Notes: a model not told the origin generated them from the sequence alone. DNA of 64,000 nt from Chrysomallon squamiferum (GCA_012295275.1 CM022665.1:22072001-22136000), one strand, 5' to 3'. Counted from the first letter of the stretch, positions 41,301-63,280 are shown. Translations and numbers: made by a program.

Positions 41301-44300
41301 TAATAAAAACTATTTTATTTTCAGTACCCCCGGTAGCAGATTCTTTGTCCAAAAACAATTCTGCTTCAGTAAACAGTTTGGACATAGGTGATCAGGCCCG
41401 TCAGAACCAGCAAGCTAGACCTCCAGAGTCCAGGTAAAAACTAAAACCATTTAAACTAAGAGTTGTTTTTAGTTATATTAATATTCGTTAAAACATTTTC
41501 CAGTGAAAATTCAGTAGCACAATTTTCCAGTGAAAATCCACAAAGGTGACTCAGTAACAGTCACACATTATATATTATATTTACATCCATTCTGGATCAT
41601 AATGAAAAATAATTTCTCTTCTGAGGTAATTTGCAAGAATTAGAATAAATTATTGTTAAAATTTATTAATCTTATTTATTTTCTTTTAAGAAAAGCACAT
41701 AGGATGCTGATTCTTGGATGTATTTAATTTGATAAAAATCCTATATTTTATGCCAGACAATTGTTAATGTATTATACAGTGCTGATTGAATAATCACTAT
41801 TTGTTTTATTAATAGAAACAATTCTGTGGATTCCAGGATGTCTCATTCTCGACAGAGTTCTCTGGATATCCGCTGTCATGCTCACTCTCGCAACTCTTCC
41901 ACTGATCTGCGACATTTCCGCAATTCCTTTGATTTCAACAGAATTTTGTGTTCAAAATCTGACTCAACATCTAATTCTAGCACAGGTAACAGTATTGATG
42001 TGTTAAGTTTATTTAACTACCATTTATTAGATGATCAGATTTTATTTCTTCTTTAGGCCAATTAAAGTGTTTTTAAAACAGTACTCCATTGCCTGGAATT
42101 TAAATGTGATATTAAAATAAAAAAATTTTTTCATTTAAAAAGATGAGACAAATATTCCAGAATTATGTTTTTTGAAAAAACTGAAGACACCATATGTTTT
42201 GTTTTAAAATTATTTTTAAATTATAATTTTTTATTACTAGATTTCATTGATCCATTTTTAGCTGTAATCTTGTTTCAGTATGTCAGATATATTAATTTAT
42301 ATCAGCTTCAAGGAAAAGGTTATAAAAATGCTTGTTTCTTTTTAATTTTCAATTATTATTTCTTTGTGTTATTTGATATAAAAAGAGGTGACATTTATTT
42401 GGTTATGAGTTCAAAAATTATAAAATTTTTTATTTTATTCATACTCACTGTTCAAATATTGAAGAAATTACAATGGAATTTGATTATGTTATTTACATTT
42501 TACAGTTGCCTATGTTGATCCACTGAGAGTGACAATGGTTCGAGGACATCACAACTGGATCTGTGTGGCCTACCCACATTTTGTATGCTGTTTCAGGTCC
42601 GTGAATTTTACTCAAGTTTCTCACGTGTTATTTTGATTTTTGACATCAGAAATACATCAATAATAATATGATGTATAGCATAATTGTTAATAATATGCTT
42701 TTATTTTATACTATTTAGAAAATCCAGCTTATAGTTCAGTTACCTTTTCAATATTTTATTTTGTGATTTGAAAATGCCCAAACTATTTTATAATGTTTTG
42801 TAGAATGAAGGACTCTATGGGTTGGCAGTTAATTTGGACAAGTCCTCATATGGAAGTGCAAGTTGAACATACAGCTATTAATGCCAAAGTACTTAATCCT
42901 AATCAGGATAACTCTTACAAAATGGTGGCCGCTTCACTGGCCAATCTGATTAGATTGTGGTCAGTTAGTGATGAGGGAGATAGCCGGGAAATAGGTTAGT
43001 AGAATAAAATGTCATTTTAACAGTGTTGTATATAGCTGTGATGAATTGTACTGCTAACTTGGCTTGGATTTATCTAAACAGAAAGCTTTAATTAGACCTG
43101 TTAAGAATGCAAAAAAGTACTGATTAATAATGAAATGCTTTATCTCAGTAATTAATGTTTTACATGAAGATAGACAAAGAATTAAAAATTTAATTATGTA
43201 TTAGACTTTTCTTAATTTTAATTTATTAAAAATTATAAAAATTATAAAAACATGTAGGTTATCTTGTCTTGACATATTCTGTCTACATATTTTCCTAAAC
43301 AAAACCAAATTAAAAATAATACATAGTTATGTCATTTCTGTAACAAGACAAATATACAAGAATGACTTTTAGAGAAAATTTAAATTAAATTTGTATTATT
43401 GATTTGTTTGTAGGTGTCTTCAACCTCAATGTTCCTGTGGATTCTCTGTTTTTTATTGGAAGTCAGCTAGTTGCCCTGAGTCAGACTGGTAAAGTTGGGG
43501 TGTGGCACTCCATGACCCAGCACTGGCAGGTAGGTAGTGAAAAACATAATTAAAACATAATTCAATTTTAAGTATACTTCAGATATTAAGACCAGAATAG
43601 TTTAAATGCTGATTGCCTACTTCTTAGTAATAATCACTTAAGGATAGTTTACCATGTATCACTGATAACTATTTATATCACATTTAATATATATTTGATT
43701 TTAAAGTGAAAACAGAGAATAGAAATATTTAACATGTTTGTGATTCTAATGTGCAATGGAAATTAATTAAGTGTATATGTGCATTAAATGTTTATTTTTG
43801 TTTTTTTAGATTCAGGATGTTGTTCCTATAACAAGCTATGACACCTCTGGCTCATTCCTGTTGCTGGGTTGTAATAATGGTTCCATTTATTACATAGGTG
43901 AGTGCTATGCTATTATTCAATTTCCATTTGCGCAATATGTTATCAATTTGTAGATACTGTAAAAGAAGATATGCTGTATTTGTCCAACAAATTAAAAATA
44001 TATATAGATTATAAAGTTGTTTTCAGACAATGCAATCAAATTTACAATATATAAATTATATTTAACTTTGTTTGACACCCAGTAGCTGATATATTTTTTG
44101 TGCTAGGTTGTTGTTAAACATTCATTAAATATTTTAATATGATTTAAAATTCCTCAGTGTTTTAAAATTGTAGATATGCAGAAGTTTCCTCTAAGAATGA
44201 AGGACAATGATCTACTGGTAACAGAACTGTACAAGGATCCATCCAATGACATGGTCACAGCTCTTAGTGTATATTTGACCCCCAAAACAAGTAAATATTT

Positions 44301-47300
44301 AAAAATATAAATACAGATGTTTTATTATTTGTATATGAGAGGATTTAGCATGAAAAAAATACCAATTTCTTCTATGCAAAAATATTTAATATTTTTATCT
44401 AATCATTTTTGTTCTTTTTTTTTAATAAATGATAATATGGGAATATTCTTTATTTAAGTGGTATTTGACAAAATATTGTGCAACAGTTTCCACATACCTC
44501 TAACATTTTTTAGTTAGCATTTATTAATACTGTTTAATGACTGTTTATTGTGTTTTCTAAGTTTAAGTGGTATGTCGAAAAATAATTTGTGAAAGAAATA
44601 TTAGTACCTACTGTGCAAAAATCTCTAATTCTGATTTCTGTTGTAGCATCCGTTTTGTTATTAATTAATTAATGATTGGTATGTTTTAGGTTTAAGTGGT
44701 AACTGGATTGAAATTGCTTATGGTACAAGTTCAGGTACTGTTCGAGTGATTGTACAGCATCCTGAGACAGTAGGACATGGTCCACAGTTGTTTCAGACAT
44801 TTACTGTTCATCGCAGTCCAGTCAACAAAGTTATGTTGTCAGAGAAACATCTCGTCTCGGGTAACATTCAGATTTACTTTATCTTGATAAAGTCTTCAGT
44901 AGATTTCTTGTTTATTTATTGGTTAAATTGTGATTAATGAAGACAGCTCACGTTTTGCTGAAGTAATATTGAGAATTATTTATTATATAAAAACAATGAC
45001 AAAATATACAAAATACTTCATCTGTTCTCTGAATTTTTATAATAGTTTCTGTAATAATATGTTTTAGTTTTATTCTTTGATTAAACAGTATTTAAATTAA
45101 ATAATTCTAAGTAGACAGTAATTGTTTTTTTCTTTCTTTCTGTTTAATAAGTTAATATTTCGACCAGAAAAGCAACGTTTTATTAACTGAATTAGTTATA
45201 CTTATCTGTGTTAGAATTAAATAATCTCTATAACTGTATCTTGAATAACTTTATGTTGCTGAATCTTCCTAGACATTCATTCCATATAACTGCAGTTCTG
45301 GATTTATTATGTGAAAAGAAAATCTGTTATCAACTGCCTTTCTGATGTTCGTTGATTTACATTGTATATGTTAACTAGAATTACACCTGTGTTAAGAATG
45401 CTGTCTTGTTATTTCAGCATGTTCTGAATACAACCATGTTCGGACTTGGAGTGTTACACGTTTTCGGGGGATGATCTCCACACAACCTGGTTCTACACCA
45501 CTTGCGTCTTTCAAGATAGTTTCATTGGAAGATCTGGACCCCATTGTTAGCTATTCAGCAGGAAATGATTTTGGTAAGTTCCTGATTCAGAATGAAAAAT
45601 AAAGAGTCATGTTTTAGATGTTTTTGTTTCTTTACATTATATAAAGCACAGTATATCTGATTATTTTGCATGATTCGGATGTCTTTGAAATTATTTCATC
45701 TGGGAAGGAAATTTTAGAGAAATATTTGTAAAACAGAAACAAATATTAGCTGATGTTAGATCAGTCTAGTAACTGGTAAACAAAAGAATCAATATTCTCT
45801 AATATGTATAATAATTTTATTATTTTAATACCTTTTAGTCTTTTTGAATCATTACAACTATAAAAGATTTATTGAAATACAAAACCATTAATAATTGTTG
45901 TATTTTTAAAATATATCTTTCCTAAAAAAATGTATTGGTTACTGAATCAGTAGATTTTAATAGAATACAAAACTAATATGATTTTATTTAACTCCGATAT
46001 CAAAATGATTCAGACTTTAAAATATGAAGAACCTGTAGTTATTTTATTAGCATTTTGATAGTGTGCTACTAAAAACATATTCTTGTTGTCTTTTCAGGAC
46101 CTTTTGGTGAACGAGATGACCAGCAGCTGTTTGTACAGAAAGTTGTACCAGAGACAGATCAGTTGTTTGTTCGTCTGTCTTCCACTGGACAAAGGTAAAT
46201 TTTTGTAAAGATCATTTTACTTTCTAATTATTTAGTCATTATCCATTTATTTTTTATATCAACCTTTATATGATGATAGGTTATTTTTAAAATTTATTCT
46301 TGGAAATAAAACTTATTGTTTGATTGTGATAAAAACTGAATATTGAGAATTTATCTTGCAGAGTTTGTGTGATAAAGTCTGTTGATGCCAGTACAATCAG
46401 TGCTTTCTGTGTACATGAGTGTGAGGGTTCTAACAGAATGGGATCCAGACCACGCAGGTTTCTCTTCACTGGCCACTCTAATGGAAGCATTCAGGTTATT
46501 GATACTTTTACTTTTGTACATATACATGAGTATATATGTACATATTTATGTATGAATATATATTAATGAGTAATAATTATGTTGTTGTGTTTTTTTAAAA
46601 TTTATTTATCTTTCTTTTTCTTGGTTTATTATTATTGTTATTCCTTTTTATTGTTAACCCTTTTTATTGTTTCATTATAATACCAAGATTTAAAAAAAAA
46701 AATGTTCCACATTTGTGTGCTTATATTTTGTGCTATTTGAAGGAGTAAAGATGTATGGTGTTCTTATTATGCATAGAAATAATTGAGACATTATTTTAAA
46801 AGCCACTATGTATCTGTTTATCAACACTATTTAATTTGGGTTTGTTATTACCACGGTTTCATTTGTCCAGTCAGTTAATATTATTGTATATAGTAGAAAT
46901 GTTCTTGATGATATGGAAATAATTGCATTCTTTTTACATTATTATTATTATTATTATTTTATTTTACAAAGTTATAGCAGTATATTGATCAGAAACCAAA
47001 ATTAGAAAATCATATAATTCCTTGTATTCACATTTAAATACAAAAAAACAAACAGAAATAAAAGAAGAGAAAACCCCCCACAAAAACTGACATTAAATTA
47101 AATTAAAACCAGATCTATAGAGAACTATAAATTGCAATGTTATGTTTAAATTAAAAAATGTTTAACATTTTCTTTTTAAGATATACATTTAATTTGTTTT
47201 TAGATGTGGGACTTAACAACAGCACTGGATATCATGAATAAATCAGAACAGATCAATCAGAAAGGTGAAGATTTGATAACTCACTAAATATTTCTCTTAT

Positions 47301-48716
47301 TACACAATTTACAAATGGACATTGTAAATACAGCAAAACTGCACTTACATCACAGTTCATTTGATTGCTAGGTGTAACTTTAATGTGAATAAAGATTAAT
47401 TCAATTTTTTTTAAGCTGCTGAAGTTTAAGTTATGTATTTGATATTCATTTTTTATGCCAAACATAGACAATTTGAGGAAATGTTGTTTGTTACATTTTC
47501 TTCAGAAATTGTCAGAGTTTAGTTAATTTTTTAAAAAGAATATTTCCAGGATTTATTTAGAGAAATTTAACTCAAGAGTTTAGATTTTAACCCGTGGTGG
47601 ATACTTTGAAGAATCAGAATATATATAATTTTTATTTTGTCTTTTTGTCTGTGAGGTTCAGTTATAAATAAATGAATAAATAAAGTAATGCAAGTAATTA
47701 AAATAAAGATCAGATTTAAGATTTTATTGTATTTTTTTATTTTTTTCACATAGAAACAGAACAAGGAGGACCAACACCTGAAGAACTAATCAGACTTCTT
47801 GACCAGTGTGATCTGAGCTCATCTCGCTGCTCCACTCCTTGTATCAGCCCTTCCCCTTCACTTGTGGCCGGTCCTGGATTCCTGGGAGCAAGATTTCGCT
47901 CAACACTTCCATCTTCATCTAGTCACAATATTAACAGAGTGGTGAATCGAGATAGTTCTGACAGCTGCGGAGAACCTGGAGACCAGGTTTGAAACATTTT
48001 TATATCTTTGTTTTTTTTCATGTTTTTGTTTTACAAAACGATAAAGCATTTTATGTCTTTGTTGTTGTTGTTTTTTTGTTCAGTTTCCATGCTTTTATGA
48101 ATCTGTCAGATAGTATTTTTGTTTGGGTGTGCAGTTATGAAAATGCCTTTTCCATGATTATAAATTCATCTGTAATCTTTTAAAAAGAAATTCTAAGCAT
48201 GAATAACTTTGTAGTTGTATGTTCATGTAAATCTATTTGGTCACTTTTTGTTTTGTTAAATAAATCAGATAGTATAACTGGTTTCATTTGGCTATTCACT
48301 TGTGCAAATATCTTTTTCATAATTGTGTCTCATGGTTATAATCTCAAATTTTTCTGCTTTAATAAATGTAACAAATAGTGGATCTTGTTTACTGCTACTA
48401 ATACTACTACTGCTTCTGTTGCTATTTCTACTACTATTACTGCTATTACTATTACTACTACTACTACTAAGTTCATCACAATCATTGTGGCTGGGATTTA
48501 GCTAATGTCTATCCATAAATAAAAATAATAATTACTGATACAATCATTAAATTATGTCTCTGTTTGTTCTTCTATATTTATTATAAACAGTTTACTTCAC
48601 AGGATGACACAGGTCAGAGTTGTGAGGGTGCTGTTGGTGAGATGCTGCAGAATCTGAATTCCAGTCAAGAAGAACAAGACAGAGAGCAGAATGGAAAAAG
48701 TAGTTACTGGGTTTAA
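38105..48716 (+). CDS. KCTD3: BTB/POZ + WD40 protein, KCTD3/SHKBP1 family (~737 aa, 20 coding exons)
   Basis: Exons 38105-38145, 39421-39474, 39621-39666, 39904-39977, 40248-40306, 40781-40861, 41325-41433, 41816-41985, 42506-42596, 42804-42994, 43414-43529, 43810-43897, 44174-44290, 44690-44860, 45418-45573, 46098-46194, 46362-46494, 47204-47264, 47754-47986, 48591-48716; total 2214 nt in frame. BTB: [27 protein letters not shown]...IFIDRDP...[10 protein letters not shown]. Family hallmarks: [85 protein letters not shown]. Confidence 0.95.
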
Positions 48717-50341
48717 GAAGTATAGTTTAATTTCATACAATATAGAGAAATTCACTGCTGTAAACTTACAGGATTTTTGTTAATATTTTAATAGATTGTT
48801 GTTAACTTTTAAGGTTAATGATTGTAACTGATTGCTGTAAGTGCTGGTTTAAATATTTAAAAGCTTTGAAATCATTCATTTACAATGACAGCTATTGTGT
48901 TCTGGTTGTAAATTCTTACCAGAAATTATTCACTTGTAGATATAATTATTACCATGTTAAAGAAAATAAATGTCAAAATGTAAATGTTCATACACATTTA
49001 TAACAAGTATTCTAATACTTGTCTGAAATTTAAAATCTCATATATAAAACTGTTGCAGCTTGGTTCAAAATGCTTAAATAAAAATGAAAAACTTTGATAT
49101 TCACACAGATTATAACTGTTGCAGTTTAGTTGTTAGTGCTTACCGAAAAGTTAGACAACTTTGTAATCATTAATTTACATTTTGGCTATGAGTGCATATC
49201 AAAATAATTTAAAAATCAGAAAAATTCACTTTTTAAATGTGACTTTCACAGTCTTGTTAATAATATTTATTATTATTATTATTGTTATTATTATTTTTAT
49301 TAAAAGAGAAATTAGCTTTTCAGTTTTTCAATGTTCATTTAATAAAACCACAAAATTTTGGTTTTAACTATCTATAATGGCATTTTGTTAGTGTTTTGCT
49401 TAATTGGAAAACAGTCTTGAAAATATTTTTATGAAATGAATTAGTTGTTTTGAGATTTTACTAATCATTTATATAAATTTATATTTGGTATTAAGAAATT
49501 ACATGATGTTTATTGTGACAAATCAAATATTTTTTAGTAGCAAAAATTATATAATAATCTGTTATTTTCATTTTTGTGTTTTTATTGTTATTGTTATTTG
49601 TTATCAGAGATCTTCCTTGTTGATGTTGACAAGTTTCTAGTCTTATCTTTTTATCACAGAATTAGTTTGTTTGCTAACAATTCTTAAAATCTAAAGTATA
49701 AAATGTATATTTTATATTTTTCATAATGTACATATGACAATGTTAAAATGAAATCTGTATTTACTAACACTTTAATGATTGTATATAACAGTTATTTCTG
49801 CTGAATTATTTTCTAAATTGCTAAAGGTTATCAGTTCTTAAACCCTTGATTTTTTTTTTTTTTCTGTGATGTGAAATATAATATTAAATATTATAAACTG
49901 GTCATGGAGATAATCTTTGATTATATTGATAGTTTAATGCAGAAACAAAAACAATCATTTTTCATTGTGATTAAGATTGATGTTATGTACTTTAAAAAAA
50001 AAAGTAAACTAATTAATTACTACATAATTGAAACATAGGTGTATGAATCTTTATCACATTTTAAATATAGAACTGGAAATTAAACCAAAAGATTAAAGAT
50101 GTGAAAAATCACACTTAGCATTATTCTGCATTAACTCCTTAATCTAATCTAATATTTGAGATTCATTTTATTGTTTCATTTCAACTGGGCTCATTACATT
50201 AATGAGTTTGAAATGAATGATTACTAGGTTTATATTAATGTTTAACAAGTACCTGCCACTGACATTCAAAGACAAAACAGATTAGACTTTAGCTGTTATA
50301 TATCATTACCTCTCTGATGTGTTCAGTTTATTTTTGAACAG

Positions 50342-50385
50342 GTGCCAGCGAGTCAGATACAGCCAGTCCATCATCGTTAGTATAG
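50342..50385 (+). CDS. Possible alternative terminal exon of KCTD3 (GASESDTASPSSLV*)
   Basis: Acceptor TTTATTTTTGAACAG|GT followed by GC-richer sequence; in frame with phase-1 internal donors of exon 20 (ACAG|GTCAGA or GTTG|GTGAGA). Confidence 0.4.
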
Positions 50386-51224
50386 ATAACATCTCATGCA
50401 GGGAGTGAATAACACACAGAATGCTGTTCATTGGGAATCACTTATATCTGAAGAAAGCCTGAAAGAACTTCACTGCATGTTTCTTACCTCCACACACATT
50501 TGATTGGGTCATCTACATTGATAAATCTAGCAGGTGCAGTATTGTATTCGTGGTGGGAACATGGCCAAGAACCAACATTGTCTTTTGTGGATGGGAAATG
50601 CATATTGCCTAAAATGTATTTAATTTTTGAGTTATTCCTCCCTCTGGGATGCTTCTGTTTTTCATGGTATTATGGGTTAATTTTGAGAACTTATGGTTCT
50701 TATAAAATATTGTTTCCAGAAGACTGCATATTTGCATATACATTGTTTGCTTCTAAAAAAAATAAGATACTGATTGTTTTTCATTTTATGAATAGATTCT
50801 TATTTTGTTCTGTACAGAGGTTAAGTATTATTTGTTCTATGAAAAAGAAATTTGTATTTAGGTGTCTCTAAAGAATTTAGATATATTTTAGTTGTAAAGT
50901 TACAGTTACATTTCACAGTTTGTTTAATTAGTTGATTAAGTACAAACATTATTAAACTTGAAATGATAGTTGTTATGCTAACTTTATATCATTTTGAAAT
51001 GGATTTCTTCATTTTCTTTTCATTTTATGAGAATTGTAAAACAGTTTTAAAAAACGTTACTCATATTATTCAGATAATTGTTATTTAATATTGTTTTGTT
51101 TTTCAGTTGATTAAAAACCAATAGTAATGACATCTCAAAACTTTTTAATACTAATAACTTGCAACCCACCTCATTACATTAATGAGTTTGCGTATATATT
51201 CTGTTGTATAATGATTATTTAAGA

Positions 51225-51350
51225 TATGAAACCTGGTTCTACCACTACTATTGTTTAACAGCAATATATCTTTTATATAAATCTTCCTATGAACAGGAAA
51301 GTACATACCATACACTTTGATAAACTAGTCTGGTGATCTGGCTGGGATAA
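51225..51350 (-). mobile_element. Old SINE-like fragment
   Basis: ACAGCAATATATCTTTTATATAAATCTTCCTATGAACAGGAAAGTACATACCA resembles the same core. Confidence 0.45.
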
Positions 51351-52585
51351 GCAAAAGCACAAAATTGTTTCGTTAAAATAAACAATTAAATTCATGTTTT
51401 CTTATAGAATTATTCCCTGTAAGAAAATTGTAATATTTTTGTTATGCTCTATGATTATCATGATTAAGAGTAGATTTAACAGATAACATCGGTTTATACT
51501 TTACTGACAGAATATTTACACTAATAAATGTTACAAATGTGAGTATATTTGCAGTTCATTCAAATACAATACAGAAAATTACTTCGTAAATAAAACTTGT
51601 GCTGCACTTTCCATTTAATAAAATAATTTTGTATAGATTAAGTTATTTAACATTTCGCTAAATATATGCAGTATAGAAAGACTGAATTTTGTTTGTTTGC
51701 ATACTAACGTCTTATTAATAAATATATCACACATTTTCACTGGTCTTCAATAGTTCAAAAGATGTGTTGTCACAGTGAATATAGGATTTTATTTTAAATT
51801 TACAAGGCAGAATGATAAAATTGTATTTGTGATGAGTTTTGGAAATTCACTAATCAGTGACTAGGAATGGTTAGTGGTTTAAAAAGAAAAAAATAATGTA
51901 TACAAATACATATTAAAAACAAATTTTATTTTCCAAATAAGTTTGGTATTGCCAATTAAAACAATTAAAAAAAAAAAAAAAAAAAAAGCTAAAAGATTAG
52001 CCTAAACTACTGACTATTTATATAGTTACCTGAAAAATAAGTAAACTTTTTCTGTTTATATCCTTTCAAAAAAGGTAAAGTTTGGTATACAACAAAATTG
52101 CTCAGAATACCATTTTGCTTTCTTTAAATAGCACATTTGATTATTATATTATCTATGCTGTTATTTGATAATAATGTATTTATGTTATCTGTTTAAAACT
52201 CTGACTGAAATCATTTAAAAAACCAACATGTATAAACTGTATGAAGTAACAACTGTTTTTACCATGATCACATGAATGTCTTTGTTCATTATTGCCTAAG
52301 TACATTGACTGTGGCATTTACAATAGTAATATCAACAACGACAATGCTATTACTACTAATATAATAATTATAACTAACAATAACTTTAGCAACGACAACA
52401 AAATATCAAGAGTAATAAAAAAAATAACAACATAAATAATAATAATTGCTTCCAGTCTTGTCAGAATGTATTTTTGTTTTTATCGTTATACAGTGTTATT
52501 ATACTAATATGTTACCATTAATGTGTTTATTTTTATTTATTATTATCATTACCATTATCATTATTACTATTACTATTACTATTAC

Positions 52586-52618
<33 letters not shown>

Positions 52619-52800
52619 TGGATATTGTATTCATTGAACTGCATTAAAAAATTAATTGGTTGAGTACATACACTTGTATTTAAATAGTTATTGTTAATAA
52701 AAATAAAGTAAGGAGACGCCCGTTCTAAGAACTGTTTTGTCAGTACTGTTATTATAATTTTAGCTATTGCTTCAGATCCATTGAATTGTCAGTTGTAAAT

Positions 52801-52840
52801 AATAAACTTGTTAGTTGTTTTGTCTGAGTTGTATTTATTT
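52801..52840 (+). terminator. Candidate distal poly(A) signal of KCTD3
   Basis: AATAAA followed by a GT-rich tract, close to where CpG depletion ends. Confidence 0.35.
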
Positions 52841-54787
52841 TATATTAACATATGTATGATTTAACAGACACATTATATCTGCCTTTTAGATCTCTACCCG
52901 AGTTACATCATGTTTGAATCCAAAACTGAATTAATGAGTTTGTAATCTGAATAATGGTAGTAGTTTAGGAATATAATTTAAATATATTAATAATGTAAAA
53001 CGTCAGTTTACATAAATGAATTTTTAATTTCGTATTTTTTAAATACATGACCTCACGTTAAAATTTTATAATTATTTCTTTGTGTGCTTTAAAAAAAACA
53101 TTTATTTATTTTTTGTATTATTTTGATTTTGTTTGTTAGAGAGATTTAAGATCTACACAGGTAAAAATAATTTTAATGAATATTTATTTAACAAACACCT
53201 ACATGTTATTAATAACAGTTATTCAGTCTGAAAATGTGTTATGTGAAAAGGTGTTTAGTGAAATATTTGTGTAAATAAAACAACTAATCTTTCTTTGATG
53301 TTGAGGGTAAAAACAAAGTTAGGAAAAAGGAAAATGAAGTTCTAGTTTTAATCTGTTAACAAAATACTGAAAACATTGAAGACTGACAAAAACAAAAATG
53401 TAACATGCAGCCATGCAATATAAAATTATTTTCGTCAGCAAGCGAAATAGCCAAATCATAAAAAGTACCTAGCACACAACTGAGTGTGATTTTGCTTACC
53501 TATTGGCGATCATGCCTCATGCTTGTGCTCTTATCGTTTACTTACAGCTGTTTCCACTTCTAAAATATTTCAACTTTTTAGTGTGAACACAACACGCAGC
53601 AGCGATATTGCCAGGGAAAAGGTTAAACCAGTACAAAGCGACAGGCCATTATTTCAAAACTCCAGTGAGTTTTCTACAGGGTTTATTAAAAACTATTATT
53701 TCTTTATACATGCATGCACAACTGATTTGTTGCTCGTGGTATATAATTTTAAATGTCCTTGTGACATCTCCCACAGGGCAATCGTTTAATAAATAATATC
53801 GCCTGTCATCTTCATTGTTTATCTGAGACACGGACATTTAATGAAAGAAAGACATAGAGCACGCTTTTATTACTAAAGCTATTACAGTCAAAAGTCTTTC
53901 AGTTGACTGAATAAGCTAAAATGACTACTGTTTCTATATAAAGTGTATATAACGATATAGTGTTAATATGATGTTAGAAATGTCGAAAGTTTAATTTGGT
54001 ACGTCCAGGCAATCAAATTGCTGTATGTGTGTGTGTGTGTGTGTTAAAAATGACTGTGTATAACAAAAATGAAAAAAAGGTAACACTTCATTTTCTCTCT
54101 TCAAGCATTTCCAGTGATTTATTTCTCATCTCCAGCAAAGCATTATTATATATATGATTTAAAATGAATGGCAATATGACAATAAAATAATTATATAGAA
54201 ACAAAAAGAAGATTTCACATCCATCCTTTAACGTACAAAAAACCCAAAAAAAAACAACAACAAATATTTAATTTAACCACCTTTCATCGTCACCCCCGAA
54301 TCCCTATTAAAGAAACAACAATAACACGAACACCAGATAATATTATAATATGTTTATCCCATCATCAGCCACACACTCCTATATAAACATATTAATTTAT
54401 CAATAATAAAGTTTAACGATATTCGCACATTAACAGTATACTTTGTACACTGTATTCAATACCAGTAAATCATCAGCATTAAAAAAGTGTTCACTTTGTG
54501 GGTAAAATATTATGATTAAAAAGTGCATATTTTTTAAAATCCTTTTAAAGAATATGTATAGAACCTTGCATATACAAAGTTTCATAAATAAAACATTACT
54601 TTGACATTTTCTTATTATTTTAGTACGCTGTCATTTTCTGTAACTTGACACAATATAAAACTTTTTAAGAGCTAATCCACTATTTCCGAAAGGCGAGGGC
54701 CTCCATCACTATGTTAGATATAACGTCCATAACTAAATGAGTTTCATCATGTATTTATATAAAATTAAATACATGTTGCCAAAATTA

Positions 54788-54826
54788 TGCAGATGGCGCG
54801 CGCTGGATAGCGCCCCCTGGAGCCAC
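54788..54826. promoter_or_regulatory. Pair of CTCF-like motifs in the LRRC74 3' UTR
   Basis: Forward TGCAGATGGCGC (54788-54799); reverse TAGCGCCCCCTGGAGCCAC (54808-54826), 15/19 identical to the consensus TGGCCACCAGGGGGCGCTA. Confidence 0.55.
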
Positions 54827-54854
54827 GTACGGTGTTTTATGCAATAAGACTTGC

Positions 54855-62765
<7,911 letters not shown>

Positions 62766-63039
62766 CTTAAAAGCACATTATTCTTCTGCTGTGCATAATA
62801 TAAAATGTTATTTTTATATTCGAATAAATCATTAATAAAACAAGAACAACAATACAAAAAAGAAAAAAAGAAAGAAAGAAAAAATGCGGTACATAAAACC
62901 TGCTCTAGAGAAAATTTACTCTGAGATTAATTTCGATATTACATGCCTATTACTGATTCTGTGGACATAAACGTTTGCTGTTATGATTATATTAGCAAAG
63001 TTATTGACAAATTGTACTAGAAATGCAGTGTGTAAGATA

Positions 63040-63280
63040 TCACATTACATTTTACAGACAGCCTTTTCCAACTAAGCCGTGGAGTAGTCTTGTCACTACT
63101 TGGGAAGGTGCATTTTACAAATTCTTGCTTTTAATAGATAAGAGTAGCCCATGAAGTGGCGGTAGCGGATTTCATCTCTCATATTATAGGTATACAATAG
63201 TTTGATATAAATATGATACTGACACTTAATAACAGCTAATAGTAAAATGTATGAAGTTATCATCGTTGTTAATCATCCGT
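63040..63280 (+). mobile_element. Old SINE-like repeat copy (core resembles mollusc Meta/MESC-type SINEs)
   Basis: GGGAAGGTGCATTTTACAAATTCTTGC...AAGAGTAGCCCCATGAAGTGGCGGTAGCGGATTTC aligns in reverse to 32790-32855; the family name is from recall. Confidence 0.6.
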
